Sequence record: NC_073054.1 | Length of the DNA stretch: 45,011 nucleotides | Source: Escherichia phage JLBYU37 | Strand: one strand, 5' to 3' | Notes under the pieces: generated by a model | Database searches by the model: none | What the model was told of the DNA's origin: nothing | What the model saw: the letters and a program-made list of their open reading frames with translations, nothing else | Program-made: the position numbers and the translations under genes | In this document: piece by piece, positions 28,357-36,887 of the stretch | Numbering within the stretch: the first letter of the stretch is position 1 | Layout of the letters: every line of letters starts with the position of its first letter

Positions 28357-28446
28357 GCTATCCCCCTGGGATTGTGGCAGAGCGGGCCACCCGCTCGACT
28401 TCACGCCTCTAATATTATCAGTGATAAAAATAATCGCAAAATTCGC

Positions 28447-28490
28447 TTGCAATCCGGGTGTTGGTTGCATATATTGGTTGCACACCAACC
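28447..28490 (+). promoter_or_regulatory. sigma70-like promoter with two TTGGTTGCA copies and a GGTTG-cacac-CAACC palindrome at the start site
   Basis: TTGCAA (28447-28452) N17 TATATT (28470-28475); motif at 28461-28469 and 28474-28482; palindrome 28476-28490; GAGGA RBS 7 nt before ATG 28505. Confidence 0.6.
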
Positions 28491-28504
28491 ACGAGGACAC
28501 ATAA

Positions 28505-29269
28505 ATGAGACTGACAAAAGACATTAAAAACCAGATTCTGGCTAACATACTGCGCGACCACGAAATCGCAACCGAAGCCAAATCAATCATGATGGACTCT
28601 CGAAATCTGGCGTACGCCATTACGCTTGACTGTATGCCGGAAGGCATTCATTCGTTCGCCGAGCTACGTGAGCGCATTGAAGCAATCGGCGATGACCCGT
28701 CGCAGATGTACGGCGTCTGTGTGTACACCAACAAGGCGACGTATAGATATGACGCCGACGCCCCATATGGTATCGGCAGCGTTTACGACGCCACTTTCGA
28801 AATCAACGCAGGCGGAAACGTCCGTACCATGTCATTGAGCGGAGACGGACACCGATCCCGAGTACATCGCGGATACTGGGAGTATAAATACATGAATAAA
28901 CTGTCTCCCGATCTCGGCGATATTGTGCCAGGGTATGAGGAAATTTTGTTAGCGGCAGTGTGCGAAGTCGACGACGACGGGAAAGCGCTGCCGATATATA
29001 AGCCACGCGGTCGTATAGACTACCCGGCTGGTCATGATTTATGCAAGCGCCTGGACCGTAACGACAAGGCCCGCCGTGAGTTGCGTGCTAAGTATGACGC
29101 GTTCAAACTAACTGTTACCGGCGTGCTGGATATGCACAATACAGATAAGAAGCTGATCAAGGCGTGGCCTGAAGTTGAACAGTTCATTCCTTACCCGGAC
29201 AAGCCGAAGTCCACGGCGGTGGCGCTGGACGTGAAAACACTAAACGAGATTTGCGGTATCCCGCGCTAA
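28505..29269 (+). CDS. hypothetical protein (254 aa), reverse-oriented moron in the head module
   Basis: Strong RBS and own promoter; opposite strand to all neighbouring structural genes; no motif recognised; flanked by a bidirectional terminator. Confidence 0.6.
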   Translation: MRLTKDIKNQILANILRDHEIATEAKSIMMDSRNLAYAITLDCMPEGIHSFAELRERIEAIGDDPSQMYGVCVYTNKATYRYDADAPYGIGSVYDATFEINAGGNVRTMSLSGDGHRSRVHRGYWEYKYMNKLSPDLGDIVPGYEEILLAAVCEVDDDGKALPIYKPRGRIDYPAGHDLCKRLDRNDKARRELRAKYDAFKLTVTGVLDMHNTDKKLIKAWPEVEQFIPYPDKPKSTAVALDVKTLNEICGIPR

Positions 29270-29275
29270 CGAAAA

Positions 29276-29305
29276 GGGGGCCATCACTGCCCCCGAATTA
29301 TTTTC
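29276..29305. terminator. bidirectional hairpin terminator
   Basis: GGGGGC-catcact-GCCCCC flanked by A/T-rich runs on both sides; between moron (+) and o-spanin (-). Confidence 0.5.
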
Positions 29306-29514
29306 TGCAACTCCAGCACTTGCGCCCGCAGCTTCGCACCACACTCCATATTTTTAACATCAACCAGCAAATCTTCGTCTGGATCTGCCGAGGCATTCTC
29401 AAAGGTGCAAGGTGGCCTATAGACCGACTCGGTTAGCGGCGTCGATGGCACGTTGCTTGATCCGCACGCGCTCATCATCAAAACTGCAATCAGGACGGTT
29501 AGGACGCGTAACAT
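29284..29514 (-). CDS. candidate o-spanin (outer-membrane lipoprotein), overlapped architecture
   Basis: 76 aa; signal LTVLIAVLMMSACGS with lipobox-like Cys; starts inside the i-spanin-like ORF in another frame and extends past it. Confidence 0.45.
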   Translation of the reverse strand: MLRVLTVLIAVLMMSACGSSNVPSTPLTESVYRPPCTFENASADPDEDLLVDVKNMECGAKLRAQVLELQKIIRGQ

Positions 29515-29755
29515 ATTTCACAACCTCTTTCGTGATAGTCCGGTATTCCACATCGCGGGCCTGTTCGGCCTGCACTGCCCCCTCGACAACCTTAGTTTGC
29601 TGCCGTTGGGCTTTCGCTTGCGCTTCTTGCGCCGCTCTCGCCTCAACGCCAGTGCGGTAGGAATCACCCTGCCAGAATCCAACCGCCAGGCCGATAACCA
29701 ATCCAATCGCTGCGTATTTAATCACGCCATAACCCCCGGTTTTTAAGCTGTGCAA
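29417..29755 (-). CDS. candidate i-spanin
   Basis: 112 aa; N-terminal TM helix IKYAAIGLVIGLAVGFW then Ala/Gln-rich helical region. Confidence 0.45.
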   Translation of the reverse strand: MHSLKTGGYGVIKYAAIGLVIGLAVGFWQGDSYRTGVEARAAQEAQAKAQRQQTKVVEGAVQAEQARDVEYRTITKEVVKYVTRPNRPDCSFDDERVRIKQRAIDAANRVGL

Positions 29756-30821
29756 TAGTCATTAATTCGCCCGTATCGGTGAACATCTTCGGCACTTTCA
29801 CGCCTCGCATAATCTGATCGGCGCGCTGCACCCCATATAATTCCTCCAGAATATGGCGCGGCTGGCGCTGCACCCATGAGAAGAAATCAGTCTGCGCGTC
29901 GACCTGCTCACTCAGCAATCTGCCTGCGTCAGCCTTCAGTGCCGGACGCTTACCACTGGGCCAATCTTCCATACCTTTGACTTTCCACGTCTCCGTCGAA
30001 CGGCAGCAATAATGCAGCTTGCCCGGACCAGCGCCATATTGTGATCCCGCCACCACTTTCCCGCCGCGTTTTCCTTTGGTGTCGGGAGTGACGTCAACAG
30101 GATAAAACAGGCGATCGCGTAGCTGGCACATAGGGGAAGTATGAGTGTCCAATGTGGCCAACCATTGGCGACCTTCGAGAATATCGTCATTAGCTTTCAC
30201 CATTAATTCGCGGGCGGTCGCCGCATAGTGGTTGACAGCGGACTTAACAACGCTTGAGATTGCTTGCGCACTACGACCGCCGAGCGCGCGCCTCACGTCC
30301 GCGATAATTTCCATAGTCGGCTTGCCCTGGATGAATCCGGCGCGCACCTGATTGCCGATCTGCGTCCTTGTCCACTCTGAAAGTGAATCCGGCCATTGCA
30401 TCATGGTGTTACCCTGGAACGGGTTTTTCATCGCAGTCGCTGCGATCTGCGCGCCTGTTACTACCCCCACCACCTCGACCGCAGGTACGGCGACCACCGG
30501 CTGGATCGCTGCCGTTAATGTGTCGGCGAGATAATCGGCCTCGGTGTCGGCAAACTCCTGAAGGCTTTCAGCCAGCGCCTTAAACTCGGTGCGCAGTTCT
30601 GTTTTAACGGTCTTGTCGAGTTGCGTTAACAGAGTGGTAAGTGCCTTGTTGTTCATGGACTTTTTGCCATCAAGTAACTCGGTCAGCTTACCCAGTAACG
30701 TGGGCCGGAACTTCTCCCACATAGCCAGCACCCGCCGCGCCTGGTCATTACTCAGGCGCTGGGTGAAGATGTGTCGGCGAATCATTCGATCCGCCATATA
30801 TTGATTAATTGTCTTCGCCAT
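29718..30821 (-). CDS. head morphogenesis protein (Mu gpF / SPP1 gp7-like)
   Basis: 367 aa; WLATLDTHTSPMCQLRDRLFY motif; directly after the portal gene. Confidence 0.75.
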   Translation of the reverse strand: MAKTINQYMADRMIRRHIFTQRLSNDQARRVLAMWEKFRPTLLGKLTELLDGKKSMNNKALTTLLTQLDKTVKTELRTEFKALAESLQEFADTEADYLADTLTAAIQPVVAVPAVEVVGVVTGAQIAATAMKNPFQGNTMMQWPDSLSEWTRTQIGNQVRAGFIQGKPTMEIIADVRRALGGRSAQAISSVVKSAVNHYAATARELMVKANDDILEGRQWLATLDTHTSPMCQLRDRLFYPVDVTPDTKGKRGGKVVAGSQYGAGPGKLHYCCRSTETWKVKGMEDWPSGKRPALKADAGRLLSEQVDAQTDFFSWVQRQPRHILEELYGVQRADQIMRGVKVPKMFTDTGELMTIAQLKNRGLWRD

Positions 30822-32325
30822 TGTCCGCTACCTTGTCCGGGTCTTCTTCGGTAGATTCTACCGCATCAGGGGACATTTGAGGCAATGGATTCTGATTTCG
30901 CAATTCGTCTTCCACCTGCTCGACAGTTTGCGAGTCGTCGATAACGCCCTGCGCCATCATCCACTTGATGAAGTCCGCCAGTCGGACCGTGCCAGTCTGC
31001 ACACCAGACATCATTGCGGTCATAAGCTGCGCATCAACCGTGATTTCGGTGTAGAACTTGTTCAGCGTTACGCGCTGGTCTGCGGTGTCTCCCGTGAATA
31101 GCTGCACGATTTGCAGTGCACGGTTGAAAGCCTTCTCAACGTTACCGGCGATAAGCGACAGGATACTGTTATCAGTCTGCGCATCGTAGGCCGCTTCAGT
31201 TGCCGTCTTAGGTGCGGTCCCCTTCTCGACCAGGGCTGCGCCAAGTTTAGCCATTTGCAATTCGCGACGCTCACACAGCGCAACAGACAAGTTGCGCTCC
31301 TCGGCCTGAATCAGTTTAGCGTCCATGTTCTGGCCCAGGATAACGCCCTTAGTCGCACCGAGGGCAATGCCGCCCTTCAGGTTCTTGTCAGCCCATGATT
31401 GGGTCAAGCCCGTCGCAACGAGGGTAGGTTGGCCCACGATGTGCGCAATCTCGGCGACGTCCGCTTCGGCGTTGTAGTGCTTAATGTTGATGGACGCGAT
31501 ATCCGCCAGCGGAGCGGCGTCAGGCGTTGCGTTGTTGTCCACCGCACCACACCAGCAAAACGGAAGTTGTGTAAGCGCATTACCGGAGGCATCCACCAGC
31601 GGCACCAGGTCGGTGCGGGTGAATCCACGCGGCAAATCCATTTGCACCTCGGACGTGTCCGCGTTGTAGTACCAGCGGCGGGCGTGTGCCGCACCATTAA
31701 CCATGCGAAGCTCGGTCCAGATTGTTACTTCGTGGTTTGCGAAGTCGTCCGGGTCTTCGGTGCTGATTTCGTCCGTTTCCTTCAGCACAATTAGCGTATC
31801 GACGCCGTGGGTCTGCCGCCAGTTGATGATCTGTTCTGCCGTGTACAGGCGTATAAGCGGGCGGTGTGACGCCATCTCGGCGGCTGTCTGCGGAACTACG
31901 TTACCCAGTTCATCAAAGTTAGCCTGGCGGTCGTAGTCCACCATAAAGCCCGCACGTCCTGATTGCAGCACTTCCGACATAGCACCGCGCAGGAGTTGCG
32001 GCAGAGGCATACCGCTGCCGTCTACGTCGTCAATCAGGTCAGCCATCGCCCCGGAAAGGTCCAGACTTACCGGTTTAGCAAAGGCAACGCCTAACAGCGC
32101 GTTAAGTGTGCGGGCGGTGGCGTTCAGGAATACAGCGCGTTGCTTGTACGCCTTATACCGCGCCCGTGCTTTCGGGTCAGTATTGTCGCCACTGGCGGGA
32201 TGAGGCAGGTACAATGGGCCGCACGCCTTCACGGCGCGCTCCCCTGCTACGCAGTCACGGATCATTTTCCACTCTGGCGCGATGCGCGCATAGAGCGGGT
32301 GCTGGTTGTCAACGTTAACGGTCAT
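30805..32325 (-). CDS. portal protein
   Basis: 506 aa; between TerL and the head morphogenesis gene; acidic C-terminus. Confidence 0.75.
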   Translation of the reverse strand: MTVNVDNQHPLYARIAPEWKMIRDCVAGERAVKACGPLYLPHPASGDNTDPKARARYKAYKQRAVFLNATARTLNALLGVAFAKPVSLDLSGAMADLIDDVDGSGMPLPQLLRGAMSEVLQSGRAGFMVDYDRQANFDELGNVVPQTAAEMASHRPLIRLYTAEQIINWRQTHGVDTLIVLKETDEISTEDPDDFANHEVTIWTELRMVNGAAHARRWYYNADTSEVQMDLPRGFTRTDLVPLVDASGNALTQLPFCWCGAVDNNATPDAAPLADIASINIKHYNAEADVAEIAHIVGQPTLVATGLTQSWADKNLKGGIALGATKGVILGQNMDAKLIQAEERNLSVALCERRELQMAKLGAALVEKGTAPKTATEAAYDAQTDNSILSLIAGNVEKAFNRALQIVQLFTGDTADQRVTLNKFYTEITVDAQLMTAMMSGVQTGTVRLADFIKWMMAQGVIDDSQTVEQVEDELRNQNPLPQMSPDAVESTEEDPDKVADNGEDN

Positions 32326-32336
32326 GGTCGGTTTCC

Positions 32337-33722
32337 TTAGTAGAAATCTACGGTAGGAACAACGGCGATTGGACGAATCACAGGGAACAGGTGCGCAATT
32401 GGATAACCCGCGGCATCGTTCATGTGGTCCACACCGGCGGTTTTATCCGGCTCGCCTTTCTTCAGGTCGTAAACCTGCTGTTCCAGACATTTCGCTAGTG
32501 TAGGGCATTTATCCAGGTTGACAAAATACTGGCGCACGCCCTTCGAGTTGCACATCATCGTATTCATCGCGATCAATCGGTCTTTCACAGGCGGGTTAAC
32601 GCTGTCGTATTCCACCTCGAAGCCCGCATCTTCCAGTTGCGCGATATCGGACGACGAAGCGTTAACCGTTTTGCGGGATTTGCCGCTGCTATCCGGGTAC
32701 ACGACAACACGACCGGCAGCGCAATGATCGGGGTAGCGCTCCTCGATCGCTTCAATCATAGCCGGGGTATCAAACAGGTCCACGAATTCATCCACGGCGT
32801 GAATCTCGTCGCGGAACTCCTTGTTCTCGGTGGTACGCTGCCGTCTTACATACACGACCGCCGCCATTTTCGTGACGTTAAAGTCCATACCGATAATCAG
32901 CGTGTCTTCCGGTTGTACTTCTTCGGTGCTGGCGTTCTCCTCGCGATTAAACATCTTGTATACCGCGCCCGATGTAAGGTTGACAAACAGGCCGTTCAGG
33001 TACGCGTCAATAAGGTTAGCCGGGTACTGACTGCGCAGCGTGTCGATAAAGTCTGCCGGTAAATGGTGGTTGTCGGTGGTCTTCGCCCGGATCAGGCGCT
33101 TTTGGCTATCCTTCTCCACCTCGAAAATCTGGTACATCGCCCGGTAGCCTTCCGGGGTGGACACTATGACGAACTGGCGTACAAAGCCTGCACGCAGACG
33201 ACCGAGCAATTTGTGATACGCCGCCAGCGCAACGTCTTGCTTCGTGGTATCGAATTCATCGGCAACAATCCACGCGGCGTTAACCCCGATAAGGCGGGTG
33301 TAGTTCTCCATCGACTCACAGATAACGCGGGTCCATTTGCCTTTCACAAGCACGTTATAGATCTTGTCCTGCTTATTGAACTTCCACCGGAAGCCTGCCT
33401 CGTCGAATGCCTTCTCCAGTTCCGGATACATGATCTTAACCAGGAGGGGAATAGTCGGTTCTGTAACGATGCCGTCATGACCGGGGTTCAGGGTTAAAAG
33501 CTGGATGACCTTACGCGCAGCGACCCACGACTTTCCACCGCCGAAGCCGGAACACAGGCCGAGGATTTTAGTCTTTGTGTCGCGCAGTAGTTCAACCTGG
33601 TGCGGCAAGCAATCAGGCTGATACAGGCGGACGGCCTGCGCAACGCGTGTCGGTCGCGGCGGTCGATTTCGCTTTGCGATCGCCCGTTCGAGGGCGCGGT
33701 GTTCTGCCGCATAGTTACGCAT
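32337..33722 (-). CDS. terminase large subunit
   Basis: 461 aa; ATPase Walker A-like LGLCSGFGGGKS, Walker B VADEFD, C-terminal nuclease-type acidic residues; stop/start coupled to TerS. Confidence 0.85.
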   Translation of the reverse strand: MRNYAAEHRALERAIAKRNRPPRPTRVAQAVRLYQPDCLPHQVELLRDTKTKILGLCSGFGGGKSWVAARKVIQLLTLNPGHDGIVTEPTIPLLVKIMYPELEKAFDEAGFRWKFNKQDKIYNVLVKGKWTRVICESMENYTRLIGVNAAWIVADEFDTTKQDVALAAYHKLLGRLRAGFVRQFVIVSTPEGYRAMYQIFEVEKDSQKRLIRAKTTDNHHLPADFIDTLRSQYPANLIDAYLNGLFVNLTSGAVYKMFNREENASTEEVQPEDTLIIGMDFNVTKMAAVVYVRRQRTTENKEFRDEIHAVDEFVDLFDTPAMIEAIEERYPDHCAAGRVVVYPDSSGKSRKTVNASSSDIAQLEDAGFEVEYDSVNPPVKDRLIAMNTMMCNSKGVRQYFVNLDKCPTLAKCLEQQVYDLKKGEPDKTAGVDHMNDAAGYPIAHLFPVIRPIAVVPTVDFY

Positions 33723-34294
33723 TATTCACCCTGGCCTTTGCCGGAAGGTTCGACAACTACGTCGCCGTTATCATCTTCGTCGTCATCCAGCGGTACATCG
33801 TCGCGGACGCCGTGGTTCGCTTTAAGCAGGAATGTAGCGAAGCCTGCCGCGATGGTCACACCACCGGCTTCCATCAGGAAAGTTTTCTGCAACTCCATAG
33901 CGTCCGCCATCGCCTCGGCGAACTCCTCATGCGCACGCGCCCAGCGATACAGGCAAGCTACGCCCACGCCGATTTCCGCGGCAAATCGACCGAAGGTTGG
34001 CATTTTGTTGCGAGGGATTACTTGCGCAGCGCCTTTATCGGAGTAGTTTACCTGCCAGGCGTCGGCGTCGGCAAAATAGCGGCGAAGCTGGTCACAGTAA
34101 ACGGATCGGTAGTCCGTAGGGCGTCCGCATTTACCGCCTTTGCGGCGCTTTCCGTACTCGATTTCAGGTCCGAGATTGGTGTGCTCGGTTTGCTCTCCTG
34201 GTTTACGGCGCGGGGTAACTGCGACTCGTCCGTCCAGTTTGGCGCGACGGCCCTTAACTTTAATTTCTGCCATGATATAAGCCCTTTTGTTCAT
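33722..34294 (-). CDS. terminase small subunit
   Basis: 190 aa; HTH-like GRPTDY...FAAEIGVGVACLYRWA; acidic C-terminus; immediately upstream of TerL. Start may be the internal MAEIKVKG. Confidence 0.6.
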   Translation of the reverse strand: MNKRAYIMAEIKVKGRRAKLDGRVAVTPRRKPGEQTEHTNLGPEIEYGKRRKGGKCGRPTDYRSVYCDQLRRYFADADAWQVNYSDKGAAQVIPRNKMPTFGRFAAEIGVGVACLYRWARAHEEFAEAMADAMELQKTFLMEAGGVTIAAGFATFLLKANHGVRDDVPLDDDEDDNGDVVVEPSGKGQGE

Positions 34295-34402
34295 ATGCGC
34301 CGACCATCGGCAACATAGGAGACGGCCCTGCCATCTAAGGGGATTATAACAGGCACAAAAAAGCCCACCAAATCGGCAGGCTGGGAGGCTTATGGGTTGC
34401 CG

Positions 34403-35545
34403 TTACTTCAACATTTCCGGGCTAATGGTTAAGCGCGCTACTTCGCCGTAGTTGGCGCTATAGGTGATGACGTTTGCGCTGCGACCGGACATCCAACCGC
34501 CACGACTGGCGTAGGCGTCTTTCGCTGCGAGCGTCCGGTGCTGTTCAACAATCATGTTGCGGGATTCTACAATCTTCTGGTGGTGCAAGTGGCCTACGTG
34601 CGCGTAGCTGTACTCACTGGATCCGAAAGCCTGTCTGAATTTAGAAATCATAACCTGCTCGATAGCATCGAATCGCGCTTTGTGCCCGTGGTGGAAGAAT
34701 AGCGTGGTCTTACCGTGCTGCACCATTTTGTAGACGTCCGGGGACGTATCCACATCGACGCGCGGCTCGTTCTCGTACAGAGTATTGAACATCTCAGCCA
34801 GCCAAATCATACCCGACTCGTCATGATTTCCCTGGACGATTAGCAGTTTGACTTTGTGGTGTTTTTGCAGCGCCAGTTCGACGACGTTGCGCACCATGCG
34901 AATCATGTATCGGACCAGTTTCTGGTAGCGGGTGTCGGCGTCCAGTATGTGACCACTTGCCGGAGTGACAGCATCGAGGCTATCAAAGTGGGCCATATCA
35001 CCGAGGATATTAATTACGGCAGTGCCTGCGTCCGGGGCGCGTGCGAAGGCTTCGACAAACCAGCGGTAGAACAGGTCTTCGGCGATCGCCATATCCCAGT
35101 CTTCGCCAGTCTCCTCGCCCCATGCCAACATGCCCAGGTGGAAGTCTGACACGGTGTACAGGTTGAGCAAGTCGAGCGCCTGGATCGGTACTGGCGGGGC
35201 GCTAACTGGTGCTGCCGGTGTGATTTCGCTGTTCATACCCTCGACAACGGCGCGCATAGCTTCGAGTTGGCGCTCTTTGTCCTGCTCAGTGATGACCCAC
35301 GACATGACCTCTTCGCCATTGCCGCGCACCAGGGCCGATACGCGCTTAACCCCAAAGCCATCGGCAACGCGCTTGCGGATTACGGCATCGTTGCCGTGTC
35401 CAATGCCTTTTTTCGACAGGCGTGCTTTGCGCATATAAACATTGCGCAGTGCAATGCCGTATTTTTTCGCGATATCTTTCGACGTAGTGCCTGCTTGCAA
35501 TTCTGCGATCAATTGCTCGTCGGTGATTTTAGTTTGCGGGTGCAT
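34403..35545 (-). CDS. HTH domain fused to Mre11/SbcD-type metallophosphoesterase
   Basis: 380 aa; N-terminal TSKDIAKKYGIALRNVYMRKARL; phosphoesterase motifs SDFHLG, GDMAHFD, GNHDE, FFHHGH, GHLHH. Confidence 0.65.
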   Translation of the reverse strand: MHPQTKITDEQLIAELQAGTTSKDIAKKYGIALRNVYMRKARLSKKGIGHGNDAVIRKRVADGFGVKRVSALVRGNGEEVMSWVITEQDKERQLEAMRAVVEGMNSEITPAAPVSAPPVPIQALDLLNLYTVSDFHLGMLAWGEETGEDWDMAIAEDLFYRWFVEAFARAPDAGTAVINILGDMAHFDSLDAVTPASGHILDADTRYQKLVRYMIRMVRNVVELALQKHHKVKLLIVQGNHDESGMIWLAEMFNTLYENEPRVDVDTSPDVYKMVQHGKTTLFFHHGHKARFDAIEQVMISKFRQAFGSSEYSYAHVGHLHHQKIVESRNMIVEQHRTLAAKDAYASRGGWMSGRSANVITYSANYGEVARLTISPEMLK

Positions 35546-35606
35546 ATTAATTTACTTCCAGATTGAGATGACCTGGATGCAATATACCACGGTACTGGGG
35601 CAATAA

Positions 35607-35633
35607 ATAAAAAAGCCCGGAATTAACCGGGCT
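35607..35633 (-). terminator. rho-independent terminator after the lysis cassette
   Basis: Minus strand: AGCCCGG-ttaatt-CCGGGCT followed by U-rich tract. Confidence 0.55.
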
Positions 35634-35640
35634 TGATTGT

Positions 35641-35808
35641 TTACGTCACTGGGTCAGATTCTTCCTGTGGCGGCGGGCTTGGCAGCTTCGCATCGAAGAC
35701 CCCAGCGTGGCTGATAGTGTCGGCGATGATAGCGCGTGCGCCTGGGTCTTCGGTTTTAGCCAGTGCGGCAAGCGCGTCCGCATTATGATCAAGAATACTT
35801 TTTAACAT
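35641..35808 (-). CDS. small hypothetical protein (55 aa) downstream of endolysin
   Basis: ATG 35808 with GAGGTG RBS 7 nt upstream; translation MLKSILDHNADALAALAKTEDPGARAIIADT...; below track threshold. Confidence 0.4.
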   Translation of the reverse strand: MLKSILDHNADALAALAKTEDPGARAIIADTISHAGVFDAKLPSPPPQEESDPVT

Positions 35809-35824
35809 ATTGTGTCACCTCGTA

Positions 35825-36316
35825 TTATGCAGCGTTACGACCGATTCGCTCGGCAACGTCCCACTGCTTACCATCAAACAACGCCTGTCTGCCGATTGCA
35901 CGGCGTACCAGACCCTTCAGCACTTCACCGCCTTGCTTGCGGAACTGCGGCAGAGTAGCACGGACCTTCGCCCAGTCGCCCAGGCGGACCGCATCATCGA
36001 AATCATTCGCGACGTCATCCGGTACGATCGGACCCGGACCGGCGTTGATTACCAGGTCCACCAGCGCGTCGAATTGCGCCTGGTTAATGCTCGGATGTGC
36101 GTATTTGTTCACCCAGTCCTCAGCATACGCCACATCGCGCTTGAGCAGTGCCAGCGCTTCCTCGCGGGTAATGCTTCGAGGCGGATTAGTGCCGGTATGA
36201 CCATAACCCCAAGTGTACAGGCCGCGGGCCTGCTCTTTCTTGGTCGCGAAATACGGCACCGGGCTGAAAGCCTCCCATGCTGCCGTAAATCTCAGACCGT
36301 TGTCACTGAATCGCAT
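35825..36316 (-). CDS. endolysin (phage lysozyme, GH24-like)
   Basis: 163 aa; N-terminal catalytic signature LRFTAAWEAF...YTWGYGHTG; immediately downstream of two holin-like genes. Confidence 0.75.
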   Translation of the reverse strand: MRFSDNGLRFTAAWEAFSPVPYFATKKEQARGLYTWGYGHTGTNPPRSITREEALALLKRDVAYAEDWVNKYAHPSINQAQFDALVDLVINAGPGPIVPDDVANDFDDAVRLGDWAKVRATLPQFRKQGGEVLKGLVRRAIGRQALFDGKQWDVAERIGRNAA

Positions 36317-36548
36317 GTTTTACCCCATTCAAAACAGCATTACGCAGTGTGCGCAATGCAAACAGCCAGATTAACGCGGTCCAGGTGGCGTCAGATACGT
36401 CTCCCGTTTGCAACAGACCGACAATACAGGTCATTGCCGTTAGCAGATATAACACCCGACCGAAGAAGCCATCCTGGACGGACGGCGCATACACGTTAAA
36501 CAGGGACGAAGCCCCTATGATAACAAACAACAGGACGGAGATAATCAT
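36303..36548 (-). CDS. holin/antiholin-like membrane protein
   Basis: 81 aa, about three predicted TM segments; ATGA coupling to the upstream holin. Confidence 0.55.
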   Translation of the reverse strand: MIISVLLFVIIGASSLFNVYAPSVQDGFFGRVLYLLTAMTCIVGLLQTGDVSDATWTALIWLFALRTLRNAVLNGVKHAIQ

Positions 36549-36835
36549 TTTGCGCCCCCCGGAAGTCGGAACGACTCAATAGTCTCCCTGATCCGGGCGG
36601 CTATTGGCATCCAGAAGATTGCAGTTACGAAGCCCAAACCGGCGACAGTGCGCTCGCCAGATAAGCCCGCCCACTCGGCGATAGCTGGCGCACCAAATAT
36701 GGCGCACAGGAAGCCAACTACGACATATAAAACGAAGTTCAACGGCCCTTTCGTTGCCTCGCCATGAATGCGTGCGCCTACGAAGCCACCAGCAAGACAC
36801 GCAAGGGCGAATAACCACTCGTTTAGCTTATCCAT
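36545..36835 (-). CDS. holin-like membrane protein
   Basis: 96 aa, three hydrophobic helices, charged C-terminus; first gene of the lysis cassette. Confidence 0.55.
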   Translation of the reverse strand: MDKLNEWLFALACLAGGFVGARIHGEATKGPLNFVLYVVVGFLCAIFGAPAIAEWAGLSGERTVAGLGFVTAIFWMPIAARIRETIESFRLPGGAK

Positions 36836-36870
36836 AAAAAAGTCCCAGTAAGTTTTATCTCACTGGGACT
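36836..36870 (-). other. stable hairpin plus U-tract abutting the holin start codon
   Basis: Minus strand: AGTCCCAGT-12 nt loop-ACTGGGACT followed by UUUUU and then AUG 36835; no Shine-Dalgarno. Confidence 0.45.
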
Positions 36871-36887
36871 ATATCACGCTTGCATAA

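Noticed and set aside
36858-36875. Extended -10 promoter (TGATATAGT on the minus strand) paired with the holin-proximal hairpin as a lambda pR'/tR'-like unit
   Set aside because: The -10 element overlaps the 3' arm of the hairpin, so transcripts starting there could not contain the complete terminator; the antitermination analogy is not supported at this resolution.
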